A stretch of 64,000 nucleotides of DNA, from positions 15,438,001-15,502,000 of the forward strand of contig NC_043005.1 in assembly GCF_006345805.1 (NCBI RefSeq), given 5' to 3'. A program made the translations under genes and the position numbers. This DNA comes from Octopus sinensis. Lineage: Eukaryota. A model generated the notes under the pieces. The model had not been told where the DNA came from. It worked only from the letters and a program-made list of their open reading frames with translations, and searched no databases. Shown here one piece after another: positions 26,316 through 42,033 of the stretch; position 1 is the stretch's first letter; each line of letters opens with the position of its first letter.

Positions 26316-26620
26316 TCGCCCTTTTCAAGCCTAGCCCGGCTCGTGGGCCCGGTTTCCCGGTTTCTGTGGCGTATGTGTTTCCCCCCAGCTGGACAGGAAG
26401 CCAGTCCATCGCAGCGTTACTCAAGAAACAGGAAGAGAGAGTGAGAGAAAGTTGTGGCGAAACAGTACTGCAGTGGTCGCCACCACCCCCTGCTGGAACC
26501 TCGTGGAGCTTTTAGGTGTTTTCGCTCAATGAACGCACACAACGCCCGCTCTGGGAATCGAAACCGCGATCCTCCGACCGCGAGTCCGCTGCCCTAACCA
26601 TTGTGCCATTGCGCCTCCAC
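26316..26620 (-). mobile_element. tRNA-derived SINE (head1 + tail1)
   Basis: Reverse complement closely matches 12921-13220. Confidence 0.85.
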
Positions 26621-26757
26621 AGGCATTTATATATTGCACATATTAATTTAGATCTCTATTTATACATTTACATATTTACATATTTACGTGTTTATTATAG
26701 CAATGAATATATATATTCAAATATTGCTATATGATTATCAAACAGTTTTATGTATGT

Positions 26758-27275
26758 ACTAGCAGTATCGCCCGGCGTTGCTGGGGTTTGTAAGGGAAAT
26801 AACTATATAAGCATTTTTAGAGAGTTACTTCCCTTATAGATTCCAATTCGGGCTTTCTTAGCCATTTCTGTTTTGGTGTCTTCAAGCCATGAAGTCGTTG
26901 TTCTAAAAGAACGCTGGCCTCCTTGACAACGCTTTACGACGTTGATTTCCTTACACTCCCTTCCCCACAGCTTCACGAGGGAGGGAAGAAGGGGGAGAAG
27001 CAACACAGGTGCAGGTGTTTGAGCGTGGACGCCAACTCCGCCGCCATCGACACACGAAAAATTATGCATTAAAATGGAATAAAAAATGATGTTAAATTAT
27101 TTTTAAAATCGTAGACTCATCGTAGACGCGCGCTAATAGCCAGACGGGCTTGATATTAATCACGACTATAAGATACCCGAATTTGGTTAAACTGCACCGC
27201 AAAATGTGGGAGGAGTTAGGAATCTAAATCGTAGGAGACAGACACTCACACAACTACAGTTTTATATATATAGAT
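26758..27275 (+). mobile_element. Helentron/HINE-like non-autonomous element, copy 3
   Basis: Same termini; unique GC-richer internal segment of about 220 bp. Confidence 0.65.
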
Positions 27276-27580
27276 GTATTTTACTTATGACGTCATTTAA
27301 TTACACTTTAACGTCATCTTTCGTGGAGAAATTATTCTTTTTAGCTGATATGAAGCAAATTTGCTCCAAGCATTAGAACCAGAAATAAATATTCTGAAAT
27401 AATTCAACTGTGTTTACAGATTCAAAATATTCAGTTTCAGAGAATTAGTGAAAGCAGAGATTCCTTATTTAAACATTAAATGTATAAAAAACAACTATTT
27501 ACTCTACATTTATCTTCATGTATTATAGAGCTCTGTTGTGGATTCCAGGTTTCCTTGATCTTTGTTTCAAGAACGTTCAT

Positions 27581-27616
<36 letters not shown>

Positions 27617-28162
27617 GATGTATGTGTGTGTGTGTGTTTGTGTGTGTGCGTTTCTTGTATTGAATACTCGCCCACATTCTAGTTTTAGCTTCCTTTATCA
27701 ACTTTTCCTTTTATTTACACAAAAGTTTCTTGCAGTTTGTTTAAAACAGTGTCGCCACACCTATTGAAAATACACAAGCCGCACGAAAGTATTAATTGAA
27801 GCAAACACCGGCTAACTATAGAAGAGAAGGCATTATGAAAAAACCTCATAAAGCTGAACACAGAATGCTTTGTACAAATAATATATTACAAAATAATTAG
27901 AATTAAAAGCTTTCTTATCAATAAAAAAGCCATAGGAATGTAAACCTTCGAATTATCTACTAATGACCAATGCGATTTTAAAATTCGATTGTAAATATGA
28001 AAGTTGTGAACCTGATGCCATGTTTTTAACTGTTACTTTCGCCTTTACTGTACAATCGTTTTATTCCTTCTGACTCACCATAGACTTTAATGTGTCAATG
28101 CAAATGAACTACACCACAAAACACAACGAAAAATTACATAAGAAAGCATTACTAGAAAGTAC

Positions 28163-28234
<72 letters not shown>

Positions 28235-28241
28235 GTCTGAC

Positions 28242-28274
<33 letters not shown>

Positions 28275-28284
28275 GACTTCCTGC

Positions 28285-28350
<66 letters not shown>

Positions 28351-31300
28351 CTCCCTGTCTGCCGAGAATGGGCGGTAGTGGCACCACGGTACTTTTTCAC
28401 AAGAGTCTGGATCTCAAAGTAAGGACAATATTCGTAGACCCGGAGGGTAGACTGGTCGTCCTGGATGTCGACGGCAGCAATGGGTGCGCTTTTCGACTCG
28501 TATCAGTTTACGCACCGCCCTTAACAGGTCGGGCGGATTTCTTTCAACGTCTAGAAGTATTCTTGGGAACGTCTCGTCCTTTACTCTTAGTGGGGGATTG
28601 GAATGCTACCTTGGACACGCATGTAGACTACGTGGGTAGAGATAGGAATAGACGGGGATGCAAATGCCTCAGAGACCTGCTCAGACGCTTTCAACTGTCT
28701 GACAGGTTCCGACTAGACCACCCGAATGCGCCAACGTGGACATGGAGCAACCGCATCGGGTCGTCAAGATCGTATCTAGATAGGATACTGTGTAGGACAG
28801 TAGATAGAGATAGCATAGGATGTCCACAATTCCACATAGTCAGCTACACGGATCACAAACTTGTGACATGTACGCTAGACTTAGGTAAGACACTTAGGCA
28901 GGGTCCCGGATACTGGAAACTAAACGCGTCTTTCCCATCGAGACAGGTTTTCAGAGACCGGATTAGCACACTAGTAAAGAGGGCTTTGACGGGAGCCATC
29001 ATCAACAACAAATGGTGGTTTGCCCTCAAGAGAGCAGTAAAAGCAGAAGCGATTAGGTACAGCAAAGCACTAGCCATAGATAGAAATAGAGTAGAGGGTG
29101 AGCTAGTTAAGAAGCTAGAAGAGGCAATTAGAAGCGGCATCGCATCCGACGTTTTGGCGGCGAGGTTGGCCCTCGACCAACACTTCAACGCCAAACACGA
29201 AGGATGTGCTGTCAGAGCTAGGATGCGTGCTCTAAGGAACGAAGGTGTTGGAGCCGCGAGAGAAGCCCGGGTGGCAGAGGCGCAACAGGGCAACAAAGCC
29301 ACCATTCGGTCCCTGGTAGATGAACAGGGGCGCGAATTGCTCGAGCCAAGTAAAATGTGTGAGGCCTTTCAGCAGCATTTTGCCCGACTGTTCGGAACGA
29401 GTGTAGGGCAAGAACGTAGGGTGGACTTCAGTGCCTACCTACATAGCCTACCACGACTCTCGACAAGAAAGGCAGGGTGCTGCGAAGGTGCCATCACGGC
29501 GGTGGAAGTGCAGGAAGCGATGGCAGAATGCTCGAGGGACAAATCACCGGGTTTGGATGGTCTACCCTACGAGCTTTACAATTGTATGCCAGACTTGTTT
29601 GGAGATCTCTTGGCGGCGGTGTACTGCAACTGGCAGCAAAACGGGAGCGTTCCTGGTTTTGTGAGCCGAGGAGCCGTAACACTGCTGAAGAAAGATCTAA
29701 ACAAGGGAAATGTAATAGATAACTTTAGGCCCATCACTCTGCTAAATGCAGACTTGAAAATTTTGGCCAAGGTGCTAGCCAAGAGGTTGGCGCTTGTCAT
29801 CGAGAAACTGGTCGACAAGGCGCAAACGTGCGCCGTGCCAGGCCGGACCATCCATGACAACCTCCATCTGATGCGCTACATCATAGACAGGGTAGTTAAC
29901 GAACCTGGCATGGGTGGGGCCCTGATCAACTTGGATCAATCGAAAGCCTTTGATAGGGTAGACCATCGATACTTGGAGGCAGTCCTGAGAGCGGCTGGTT
30001 TCGGTCCCGTCTTCCGCGGCTGGATAGCTGCCTTGTACAGAGGCATCCGTTCGGTAATTCGCGTAAATGGACATCTATCGAGACCTTTCAACATTGCACG
30101 TTCGGTCCGCCAGGGATGCCCCCTCTCGGCGCTTCTATACGTACTGACTCTTGAGCCACTACTACGGAAGCTGGCGACTCTAAGGGGCATCCCGCGAGAA
30201 TTGGGATGCGGGACGAGCGTGTCTGCATACGCGGACGACGTCACCGTCATAGTGTCTAGCCACGAGCACATCGAGCTGGTCGGCGAGACACTGAAAAACT
30301 ACGAAGCGGTGACAGGAGCGAAAATCAACCGGGAAAAGTCAGTGGGCTTGCGACTAGGCACCTGGAGAAGCAAGCCCATGCCGTCCACCAGCGCCTCCGT
30401 CGTGGGACGCTGGACCGACGGCCCGGTTGAGTTGCTCGGGGTCTGGTTTGGGCCGGACCTCCAAGTGGAGAAGAACTGGGACGAGATAACGAGTAGGGTG
30501 GTCACTCTCGCCCGGCAATGGGCCGAGAGGAAACTGTCCCTAAAAGGTCGAGCGGAGGTGGCGAACACGTACATCGCGTCCGTCATCTACTACCGCCTGA
30601 CCGTCGTACCTTGTCCCGACCCTACCATCACCAAACTACAACGCATTCTCTTTCGCTTCTTGTGGAAAGGATGCGTCCCGATGGTCAGGCGATCCATTTG
30701 CTGTCAACACCCGTTAAAAGGAGGGCTGGGCATGCCGTGGTTGATGATGCGCAGATACGCGCTGAGACTGCGACATCTCTGGCTCTATGTAGACGACGGT
30801 GAACAGGTGTGGTCGCCGTTTGTGAGGCACGCTTTCCCGCAGCTCGTCTCCATGACCGAACTGCAGTCGTGGATCAAAAAGAGGCCGAGGAAGGGCGAAT
30901 GGCACCGCGAGTGTCGCGTTGCTCTCAAGCAACTCTGCCGTCCTGGGTCGACCTTAAGTGACTTCAACACAACCAAAGCATTCTATAGGGGTTTAGTGGA
31001 GGGGAGGTACGACGACGAGCTCGGGGCGAACCTGGACGTCGACGAGGAGTACCTGACCCGCCTGTTCAGGACGACTTTCGGGCCAGGGCCCATGGACAAC
31101 TTCCAGAGATCCCTGGCCTGGCAGTGCTACCGAGAAGCGCTACCCGTTCGGGATAAGCTCTACAGACACGGCTCGAGAAACACGGGGCCGACCTGCCCGA
31201 GATGCGGTCAGAGCGACGAAACCGTTCTGCACGCACTCGTTCAGTGTCCAACAATTTCCGACCTGTGGGCTTATGTCGAACAACTGCTGTCACGTGTGGG

Positions 31301-32006
31301 ACGAGTCGGTTTATCAGCTGAGTCTATCGTCAATATTGTCACGCCTCCTTCCTTCAAACGGGAAGGAAGAGCTATTTCATCATCCTTGTGGCTATGGCGA
31401 AAGAATGTATCTGGTGGACGCGTCTGAAAGGATTGGAGACAAACACTTTCCTCTCTGGTCAATCTCTCATCAACTTCTTCAAGTACCACTTGAAAAGGAA
31501 AGTGAGAGTAGAGAGGCAAGTTTTGTCTAGCGAATGTTTTAAAAAAAGATGGGTGAATGTAGCAAGAATGGCACGTATGAATGACGAAGCCACCTTGAGC
31601 ATAGTCCTATGAACCCAGAAATCGAAAACAGAGAGTTGTTTATTTGCAAAAAAAAAAAAAAAAAAAAAAGAAATATAAAATGTGACTTCATTGACCGAGG
31701 ATACCGTGGTCTTTTCCGTAGGCTTTTCTTTCCACGGGTAAACCTCACCTGTCCTCCCCTTTACACTTCATATTGACATTTCTGTGATAACGATCCCTAT
31801 TGATCAATTTTTTTTTTCCTCTCCCCCTTTTTTTTAACCCCCCTTTTTTGTCCTCTTTCTCGCCTTTTACGATCCCTTTTGATCGAAACTCCCCCCTTTC
31901 CTTTTTTTTTTTTTTTTAAATTTTTATTTTTTAAACCTTCAAAAGAAAAGCTCTACCTTGTAATTTGTTCTATCTGTGTGCAGCCCTGTGTGGCTAATAA
32001 AGAAAC
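28351..32006 (+). mobile_element. 5'-truncated Tx1/L1-clade non-LTR retrotransposon (APE-RT-CCHC ORF2 and 3' UTR) inserted in (ATCT)n
   Basis: APE motifs VYAP, GDWN, LDRIL, TDH; RT motifs [19 protein letters not shown]; [18 protein letters not shown] knuckle; about 1000 stop-free codons; (ATCT)n at 28163-28350 and 32007-32218. Confidence 0.95.
28368..31612 (+). CDS. Tx1-like ORF2 (endonuclease/reverse transcriptase), N-terminally truncated, 1-nt frameshift near 31376
   Basis: ORF 28092..31427 continues in another frame as 31388..31612; adding one T to the gctattt run restores [16 protein letters not shown]. Confidence 0.88.
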
Positions 32007-32021
32007 ATATCTATCTATCTA

Positions 32022-32052
<31 letters not shown>

Positions 32053-32067
32053 GCCTTCCTGCCTGTC

Positions 32068-32178
<111 letters not shown>

Positions 32179-32289
32179 GTCTGTCTATCTATCTGTCTAT
32201 CTGTCTGTCTGTCTGTTTGTCTTTCATAGATGACAAGTCAGGCTTTTGGAAGTGCAATACGACTATATCACATATACACACACACATAC

Positions 32290-32339
<50 letters not shown>

Positions 32340-33004
32340 CACAAAGCCCCACTTTTGGTAAGTTATTAGTGTAAACATATTCTTTCTATGCTACTGATGA
32401 AGCGAAATAAAAAAAAAAGAAGTTGTGTACTTTCTGACAGACTGTTTCACGATTTGTTCTCTCGCCAGAGAGAAATATCCGACTTTTCTTCCTAATCAAT
32501 ATAACAAATTAGCTGCTATGCAAAGTAGTTGTAGATTAAGCTGACGCCGTAATGGAAGGCTAATTCGCGTATTTGTGGACTTGATGACTCGTCATTAACT
32601 AAATAAGTATTTTATCCACAACAGCATAAATCAGAACTGAAATGAAATTTAAATGTTGCGAACTCTGAGTAACGGCCATCAAATCATGAAATGGTCTGTC
32701 AGGGGATTCTCTCTTTATTTTTACTGCATATGAAGAATGTGCTTGCATTCTCATTTCATTCACTGTGAACAGAAGCCAATTGCTATAGCACTCATCAACC
32801 CAATGTCATAGCAGAGGATACTTGACCAAAGAACCGTGCAGTGCTATCGAATCCAGAACCACGTGGTTGCGAAGTGAACTTCTTATTTATGGAGACGTAC
32901 CTGTGCTTTTCACTTTTTGTTTGCACACACACACACACACATGCATGTATGTATGTATGCATGTATGCATGTATGTATAGATGTATGTATGTATATATGT
33001 ATGC

Positions 33005-34169
<1,165 letters not shown>

Positions 34170-34189
34170 ATATATATATATATATATCA

Positions 34190-34497
34190 CGTAATCACGT
34201 GACCGACCAGGCTATCAGATGTTGCTACACATCGTTGGTCACAATGCACTTCGCATTGTTTTAGCCTTCAAATGACGCCACCCCGCTGGCTAAGCGAGCA
34301 GGCCAACGGAAGAAAGAGTGAGAGAAAGTTGTGGCGGGATCGCCATTGCAGGGATCGCCACCACCCCCTGCCGGAGCCTCGTGGAGCTTTGGGCGTTTTC
34401 GTTCAATAAACACTCACAACGCCCGGTCTGGGAATCGAAACCGCGATCCTACGATCGCGAGTCCGCTGCCTTAACCACTGGGCCATTGCGCCTCAAC
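34190..34497 (-). mobile_element. tRNA-derived SINE (head1 + tail3)
   Basis: Head and body as 12921-13090; tail unrelated to tails 1 and 2. Confidence 0.8.
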
Positions 34498-34510
34498 ACA
34501 CACACACACG

Positions 34511-34647
<137 letters not shown>

Positions 34648-35935
34648 CATACATAGATACACACATACACGTGCGCGCAGACACACACAATTACACATAT
34701 GTACTTTTATTGTATATGTGTACTACAAAACTATCTAATCAGCCGTTGCCTAACACTGAAGATAGCTTTGGAAAATTTATTGAAGAAGATAAGATTGCAG
34801 AGACCGGAAAATGAAGTGATGCCTGCCTTTAACAACACCTACCTTAAGTTAGCAGCAGGCTCAGACGGTTTCCCCAAAGTTTTCCTGATAACACGAAAGC
34901 TGTTTTTAGTGAAACTTCTACATTTCATTACTATATCTCCTTCCTTTTCCCTTGTTTCCTCGTCGTTTCTTTTTTTCCGGGGGGAGGGCGTTGTTCTCGA
35001 ACGCATGGCGTCTTCGTTTGCTATGCATTTACAAACTTTGAAATATCTGTGTGAAGTCTATTGAATTCATATTAATAGGTTGATGCGTTTAACTGTGTAA
35101 TAAAAAAAGTGATCAAATAATAATTCAGAAATAATATAAATATATCAGCGATAAAAAAAAGCGGCGGAGTACGCAGCGGGCAGCTTTGTCCTTATGGCTG
35201 ATGGCTTATAGTTATAGTGTCTTGTTTCACCTCTCCACCTCAGTCTCTATGACTTTAATGTACCCCTATCTCCTGATACCTATTTTCCTCACCGAAATAA
35301 ATAAAATTACATATGTATATGTCTGTATTTGTGTACATACACACTTGCATATACCCACACGCACACACGCGCGCATGTATTTCGTTCCGGTTCTTTGTAT
35401 AAACACCGAACCACCCAGGGCCTATATAAACCTCCAATATCAAAAAGACTATGCTCTTCCGGTGACAATGTCTGAAGAGTCGTCCATATTGCCAAGTGCA
35501 AAAGTCAGCGCGAAAACGACGCTAATATTCTGACTAGTAACCAGTAAAACATGTATACACTTACATACGCAAATGTATAAGTGTATAAAATTGGCCTAAG
35601 GTGGTGGGGCAACATATACATTCTTTGAGCATGGTGCAGTATTTCCCTGGTGGTTGTGACTAGGGTCATACTATCGTATGCAAACTGACTCAGTTCTCTG
35701 TTATAACGTAGCATAATAATAATTCGTGGATATGATATTAACAATCGAATTCATTGACTGAATCATGGCTTTTATCATTGTTTGAATGAAGTTGTTCCAC
35801 TGCCCCTGAAATTTTTACCTATGTAAATTTTAGAGAAGTTTGCACGTTATCTTTCTCGATACCATATATATAGTATGCTATATCTCTGATTTCATAATTA
35901 TTAGATGATATGTGCGCGTGTTGCATGCATCTCGC

Positions 35936-35982
<47 letters not shown>

Positions 35983-36181
35983 TATATATATATATAATAT
36001 AATATATATATATATATAATATATACAAATTAGTAAATAAATGGCACAACTAAATACCGATTTTACTGGAAATATCGGTACTTAGTTGTGCCATTTATTT
36101 ACTATTTGTGTATTTTCCCTCACGGGCTACTTTTTACTGGAAGGCATACATTATATAATATATATTATATATATATATATA

Positions 36182-36232
<51 letters not shown>

Positions 36233-37284
36233 GGGAGGAAAGTAAGAAAGAAAAATAAGCGAAAATGCACATTGGATATCAAAAACAGTAAACGCTTTTT
36301 TATGAAAGTAACGACAGATGAAATGAGGTAGGAATAAAAGTAATAAAAGTCATTATTTTGAATTGTTAGAGATTCAAAAGCATACCGGTTTCGTAAAATT
36401 ACTAATCGTTGCTTTATATATAAATATGTATATATATATATATATATATATAGATTCGAACGAAAGGGGTGCTCTTTCTCAAGGATGTATTTCATCCAAG
36501 CGTACACCGGGTTTAGCTCTATATCGATTAATTTTCTTGGAATTTGTGTTCGTATTAGTACTTATTGATAGTTCTTCCTCGGCATCAGTACTTTACTCTT
36601 ATGAAGTTCTAGTTGTCGTTATAGATCTTTTCATCTATGAGATATAGGAAAACAGAATTTTGATAACATAACATAAAGAAAATGGAGAGTATGAACCCAG
36701 AAATCATTTTATTTATATTGTAGTCAATTTAAATTTGCCTACTGTAATGAACTCTCCATCCATTAAGATGTAAATGAATATATGTCAGTTTTTCCCGAAG
36801 AGATTTCTATCTTTTAAATTTATAATGCAATTTTAATTGTAAGATATGAAGGTGAGAAATTGAAACGTGCGTAGGCAACATGACATTGACTATTAACTAA
36901 ATGAATTGATTTCTGTGTTCACACTCTCCAGTTTCTTTATATATATATGTACGTACGTACGTATGTATGTATGTATGTATGTATGTATGTATGTATGCAT
37001 GTATGTATGTATGTATGTATGTATGTATGTATGTGCTACTTTCGAAACGTAGAGTAGATGAAACCATAGCGACTGAAGAAGGGGTTTTTCTTTGTGTTAT
37101 TTGTCCTGTACTCTATTTGTTTGTTGTTTAAAAAAATGTCCAGTTCCTTGGGTTTGTGTCTATGTTTTCGTTTCTCATTGTGTTCGACGTCTTTTTGGTG
37201 TCCTGTACTCATATATGCGTGTATATGTATATGTAGAGGTAGGTACGTACATATATGTTTATATATATGCATATGTTTTATTTA

Positions 37285-37368
<84 letters not shown>

Positions 37369-38361
37369 CATACACGCAGTTTGTGTATGAGTGTGTATGT
37401 TTAAAGAAACATGGGAAGCACTGATTTCCGGATACAATAAATTCCTAAATTAAAAAAAAAAATCATTTGAGGCCAGACCAAGCAAAGACACCCTCTGCCA
37501 AAAAAGAAACACACACACACACACACACAAACACACACACGAATAATCGACAGTTTCGCGGAGATTGTTAAGTGGAAGCTTCTGTATTTGTGAGAATTAA
37601 ACCTTGGAGAGTACTCTTTAACCTAATGCGTCTATTTCATTGAAAGTAATCACAAAAGTTAATAACTGTTTATTAATGACAAACATTTAATAATTTAAAT
37701 AGTAATTAAACATTATTTTCTGGAACACAAGTACTGTTTTTCCAACTAAATCTGATAGTTTACTTGAAGGCCAGGTTAATTAATGTGGTTCAAGCTATAA
37801 ATAAAAATGATATTACTTGTAGAACGTATTTCAAAGAATTCACGGTTTGTATTACGTAATGACGGTGGATATGTGAAAAATAAACTTTCAGGAATACATC
37901 TATCGAACATCTATAATAACTTCTTTCACTTAGCCTCCTTTTACAGATTAATTCAACTATTTGTAGTACAAAAGATATATAAATTTAAAGTTACACAAGG
38001 TCTTTATGTTGAACTGTCCATAAAAAAGACAGCTTTCTGAATCTGGTAATTTTTAATACTAGAGGAAGTGAAACAGATTATGCAACGCATAAATAATGTT
38101 TGCGAAAGAAAAACGGAATTTATCTAACATTGAGGAAATTATCCTCTAAATATTTAGATATTTAACAGCAACAACAACGACAACAACATTAAAACCCATA
38201 TGCAGGAACACATAACGATAACTATGGAGTGAGAGAGAGAGCAGACTTATCTCGACTGGGAGAGGGAAGAAAATGGTGATATTAAAATGTTGCAGCTGTG
38301 ACTGACTTAGAATGTATAAATGAAGCTGGTCATCTGGCATATCAGTCCAAATAGCGCTGAA

Positions 38362-38734
38362 AGGCGGCGAGCTGGCACAATCGTTAGCACGCCGGACGAA
38401 ATGCATAGCAGTATTTCGTCTGTCATTACGTTCTGAGTTCAAATTCCGCCGAGGTCGACTTTGCCTTTCATCCTTTCGAGGTCGATAAATTAAGTACCAG
38501 TTGCGTACTGGAGTCGATCTAATCGACTGGCCGGATCTTTTCGGTTTGAACGGCAGTTTTTAACATAATTTCTAGGTAACTAAAAAATTTTAAACTTCGT
38601 ATACTGGTAGGATGTGTTTATAAAACATCTTTTTCTCTTGGCTTTATTGAGAAAATTCTATAGTTTGTAAGATATTTTTTGTTTTTTTCTTCAATTTCTG
38701 CAATTTCAACCAATCAGTGACGTCTATTGAGTTA
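38362..38734 (+). mobile_element. SINE family A joined to a truncated copy of the 60623-61028 MITE
   Basis: SINE 38362-38532, then ggatcttttcggtttgaacggcag... matching 60623-60820. Confidence 0.8.
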
Positions 38735-39118
38735 AGCATTGAGTTAAGGATCGCCAGGAGTTGGGGAAAACGCTTTGTGGTATTCATTCTGGTTCTCTAT
38801 ATTGCGTACAAATTCCGTCGAGGTCGACCTTACCTTTCATCCTTTTGGTGTCAGTCATATACTGATATCGATGTAATCGACTTTCCTCTCCCACTAAAAT
38901 TCTTGGTGAGTTAGCAGAATCGTTAGCATTCATTTAAAATACTTACAAGCATTTCGCCCTTCTCTACGTTCTGAGTTCGAATTCAACCGAGTTCGACTTT
39001 GCCTTTCACCCTTTCGAAGTTGATAAAATAGACATCAGTCGAATACTGAGATCAATGTAATTGACTAACTCCTACTATAAGCCTTGTGTCTATAGCAGAA
39101 AGGATTATTATTATTATT

Positions 39119-39460
39119 TGATGAAAACTCGCTGCTTATTTTGCTGGGTATGATGGAAAGTGTCAGCTGTCAAGCCAGCAGACTAAGGTGACACTTGTTT
39201 ACTGGTCGTGCTTCAAGAACCCTACGAAGAATTCTTGCAGCTCCAAGCAATGTTGATTTTTGTAGGTGTTCTACCTTTACATTTGTACCAGTTTTTTTTT
39301 TTCACCCATGTTGGTAGTTGAGTGCTGATATTTCCAAGTGCACCGATTACTATTGATACAACGTCTACTCTCTTCATTGACCACAACCTTCGTATTTCCC
39401 ACTTCAAATCGATATAGTTGTTCAGTTTTCTGTCTTTCACTTTGCAGCCAATAAAAAAGG
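39119..39460 (-). mobile_element. R4/Dong-like RLE retrotransposon 3' fragment (second subfamily), flanked by TTA repeats
   Basis: KLNNYIDLKWEIRRLW...VVSIVIGALG is typical of the RLE C-terminus; ggattattatta on both sides. Confidence 0.7.
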
Positions 39461-39644
39461 GATTATTATTAGATCCGGAAAATCTTTTGCAGTATTTCTT
39501 CCAGTTCTTAATATTCTGGAGTTCAAATATCGCTGAGGTTAATTTTGCCTTTCATCCTTTTGGGACCGATAAAATAAGTATCAGTCAAGTACCTGGGTCG
39601 ATGTAATTGATTTCACCAACGCCTCAAAAATTGCTTTATAACCA

Positions 39645-39754
39645 TTCTTCTTCTTCTTCTTCTTCTTCTTCTTCTTCTTCTTCTTCTTCTTCTTCTTCTT
39701 CTTCTTCTTCTTCTTCTTCTTCTTCTTCTTCTTCTTCTTCTTCTTCTTCTTCTT
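39645..39754. repeat. Pure (TTC)n microsatellite
   Basis: Direct inspection. Confidence 0.95.
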
Positions 39755-39915
39755 GTCATTATTATTATTGTGTGGTTAGGACGCCGATAGAATAAGTACT
39801 AGGCTTACAAAGAATAAGTCCTGGGATCGATTTGTTCGACTAAAGGCGGTACTCCAGCATGGCCACAGTCAAATGACTGAAACAAATAAAAGGGTAAAAG
39901 AGTAATTAATATTAT

Positions 39916-40996
39916 TGTTGCGGAGGTCAAAAAGACGAGAAAATGCTATGACCCAATTCTGTTGGTTGGAGCCGGACCGACGGGGAAAAGAAGTAATGGG
40001 GCTTTGTCCTGTCACCGGTAAAGGAAATTAATGAGGGTAGAAAGTACCTCTGACCCTTACACAGTCAATCAAAGTTGAGAAATAAATAAATCTACCACTC
40101 CTTTAAAATGCGGCGAGCTGGGGTTAGTTGGTCAGTTGGCAAGAGACGGTCAGTCGATGGGACAGCCAGAGGGCCGGAGAAGAAGTTAATCTAGCCTTCT
40201 CGCTGTCATCTCCCTTACTTCCTCTCGCTTGTCAAGTCCTCAATCTTCTCTGTCTTTCTCGCCTCGCTGTTGCCTCTCGCCATCACGACCTTCTTGGCTG
40301 ACCGTCCGTATCAACTCGCTGTCGCAACCGACGGTCAGCCAAGAAGGTGGTGATGGTGAGAGGCAACAGCGAGGCGAGAAAGACAAACAGAGAAGATTGA
40401 GGACTTGACAAGCGAGAGGAAGTAAGGGAGATGACAGTGAGAAGGCTAGATTGCTTATAGTAGGAATTTGTGAACGAGGAAACGTGCGGTAATGTTTGTT
40501 TATGTTTTTGATTGGTTTGTGTTGTTGAATTTTGATGTGTGTTAAAAGAAAAGAGATTCTGTAAAAAGAACTGTGGAAAAGAAAGAAAAGAGAAAAAAAC
40601 GGTGAGATGTGTTCCTAAAAGGAAAAGAACATTGTGTCAGAAAAAAGAAGGAAAAGAAAGAGAAAGACTTTAATTTGGATTGTTTTCCAAATTCTGTATT
40701 GTGCATGCCATTGATTGCTTTCGAACTCTGTGTACGATTTCTTAAATGTTTTTAAATGTATCTGAAATGTATTACGTTTAATTGATGTTGTAAAAATTGT
40801 ATAAATTGTTGTTAAATGTAAGCAACTGCCTTCCGTTGTGTGTCTCTCTTCCTGTTGTTGTTGTTGTCTCCGGTCACTGGTTTGCGTTCGCTGCGCACCC
40901 CCGCTTTCTGTGGTGGATTTCCGATTTGACTGAGCGTAGTCGTCGTCGCTCGACTTAGGGTCCCGAGTTCGAGTTGAGCGACGGCAGGTCGTAACA
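39916..40996 (+). mobile_element. Solo LTR (TG...CA) with 4-bp TSD TTAT and an internal fold-back
   Basis: ttat|tgttgcggagg ... ggtcgtaaca|ttat; 3' ~200 bp is the reverse complement of about 33122-33330. Confidence 0.75.
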
Positions 40997-41022
40997 TTAT
41001 TATTATTATTATTATTATTATT

Positions 41023-42002
41023 CAGTAGTTTTATTTTTATAGCGTGCTTTCACTTCACTACCGAGCGCAGCTCTGTGTGCCTTGGGTATGTGCTGTGATT
41101 TGTTGTGATGCTCTGATGGTTATTGTATGGAAAGTGTTCTGCGTAGGATATGTGCAGTGCCTAGTAGTGCAATTTTCTGTATGTTATATGTGTTTGTAAG
41201 TCCTGGTGTGTTTTGTTATGTATTTGTCTGAATATTTTTTTATCATACCTAATGCACCTACTGATAGGAATTGTTTCTGTTTTCAGATTCCACATTCTAG
41301 TTACCTCTATTTCCAGGTCTTTGTATTTTGAGAGTTTCTCCATTTCTTTTAGAGACACGTTGTCATCTGCCGGTATTGATACATCAATTAGAAAGCATTT
41401 TTTTTCTTCATGATCTCTGACAACTATATCTGGTCTCTTGGCCTTACTTTCTCTATCTGTGTGTATCGGCATATCCCAGAGTATGGTTGCTTTCTCGTTT
41501 TCTGTGACCTTTTCTGGTGTGTGCCTATACCATCTTTTTTCTGTTGTTATTCCATAATGTTGACATAGCTTCCAATGTAGGTAGGTTCCAACTCTGTCTG
41601 TCATGTCTGTGAATATATTCCTTCTTAGCCAGGACTGGGCAGCTAGAGATAATATGATTTATTGTTTCTTGTCCATCTCCACATATTCTGCAGTTACTTG
41701 TAATATTTCTTTTCATTACATGTTTTTGGTAATTTCTGGTGGGGAGGCTTTGGTCTTGTGCTGCAATTAAAAATCCCTCTGTTTCTGCTTTGAGTCCTGA
41801 GCTTCTCAACCATTGGGGATTTTTCTTTGTCTATTTCTTTTGCGTTTAGTTTAGTCCAGCAGTATTTACCATGAAGGGGCTTTTCTTGCCATCGTTTATC
41901 ATGGTTCGTTTTGTGTTTATTTTTAGTTTGGATTTCATTTGTTTTATAGCTTGTTGTTTCTTTATCTTATTCTTCTTCTTCTTCTTCTTCTTCTTTCTTC
42001 TT

Positions 42003-42033
<31 letters not shown>

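Noticed and set aside
28092-28367. N-terminal extension of the 1111-aa ORF through IYLS repeats
   Set aside because: (ATCT)n contains no stop codon on this strand, so read-through from an upstream start is expected by chance; it is not part of the element.
32394-32408. ctgatgaagcgaaat hammerhead-like core
   Set aside because: No stem II or stem III pairing can be formed.
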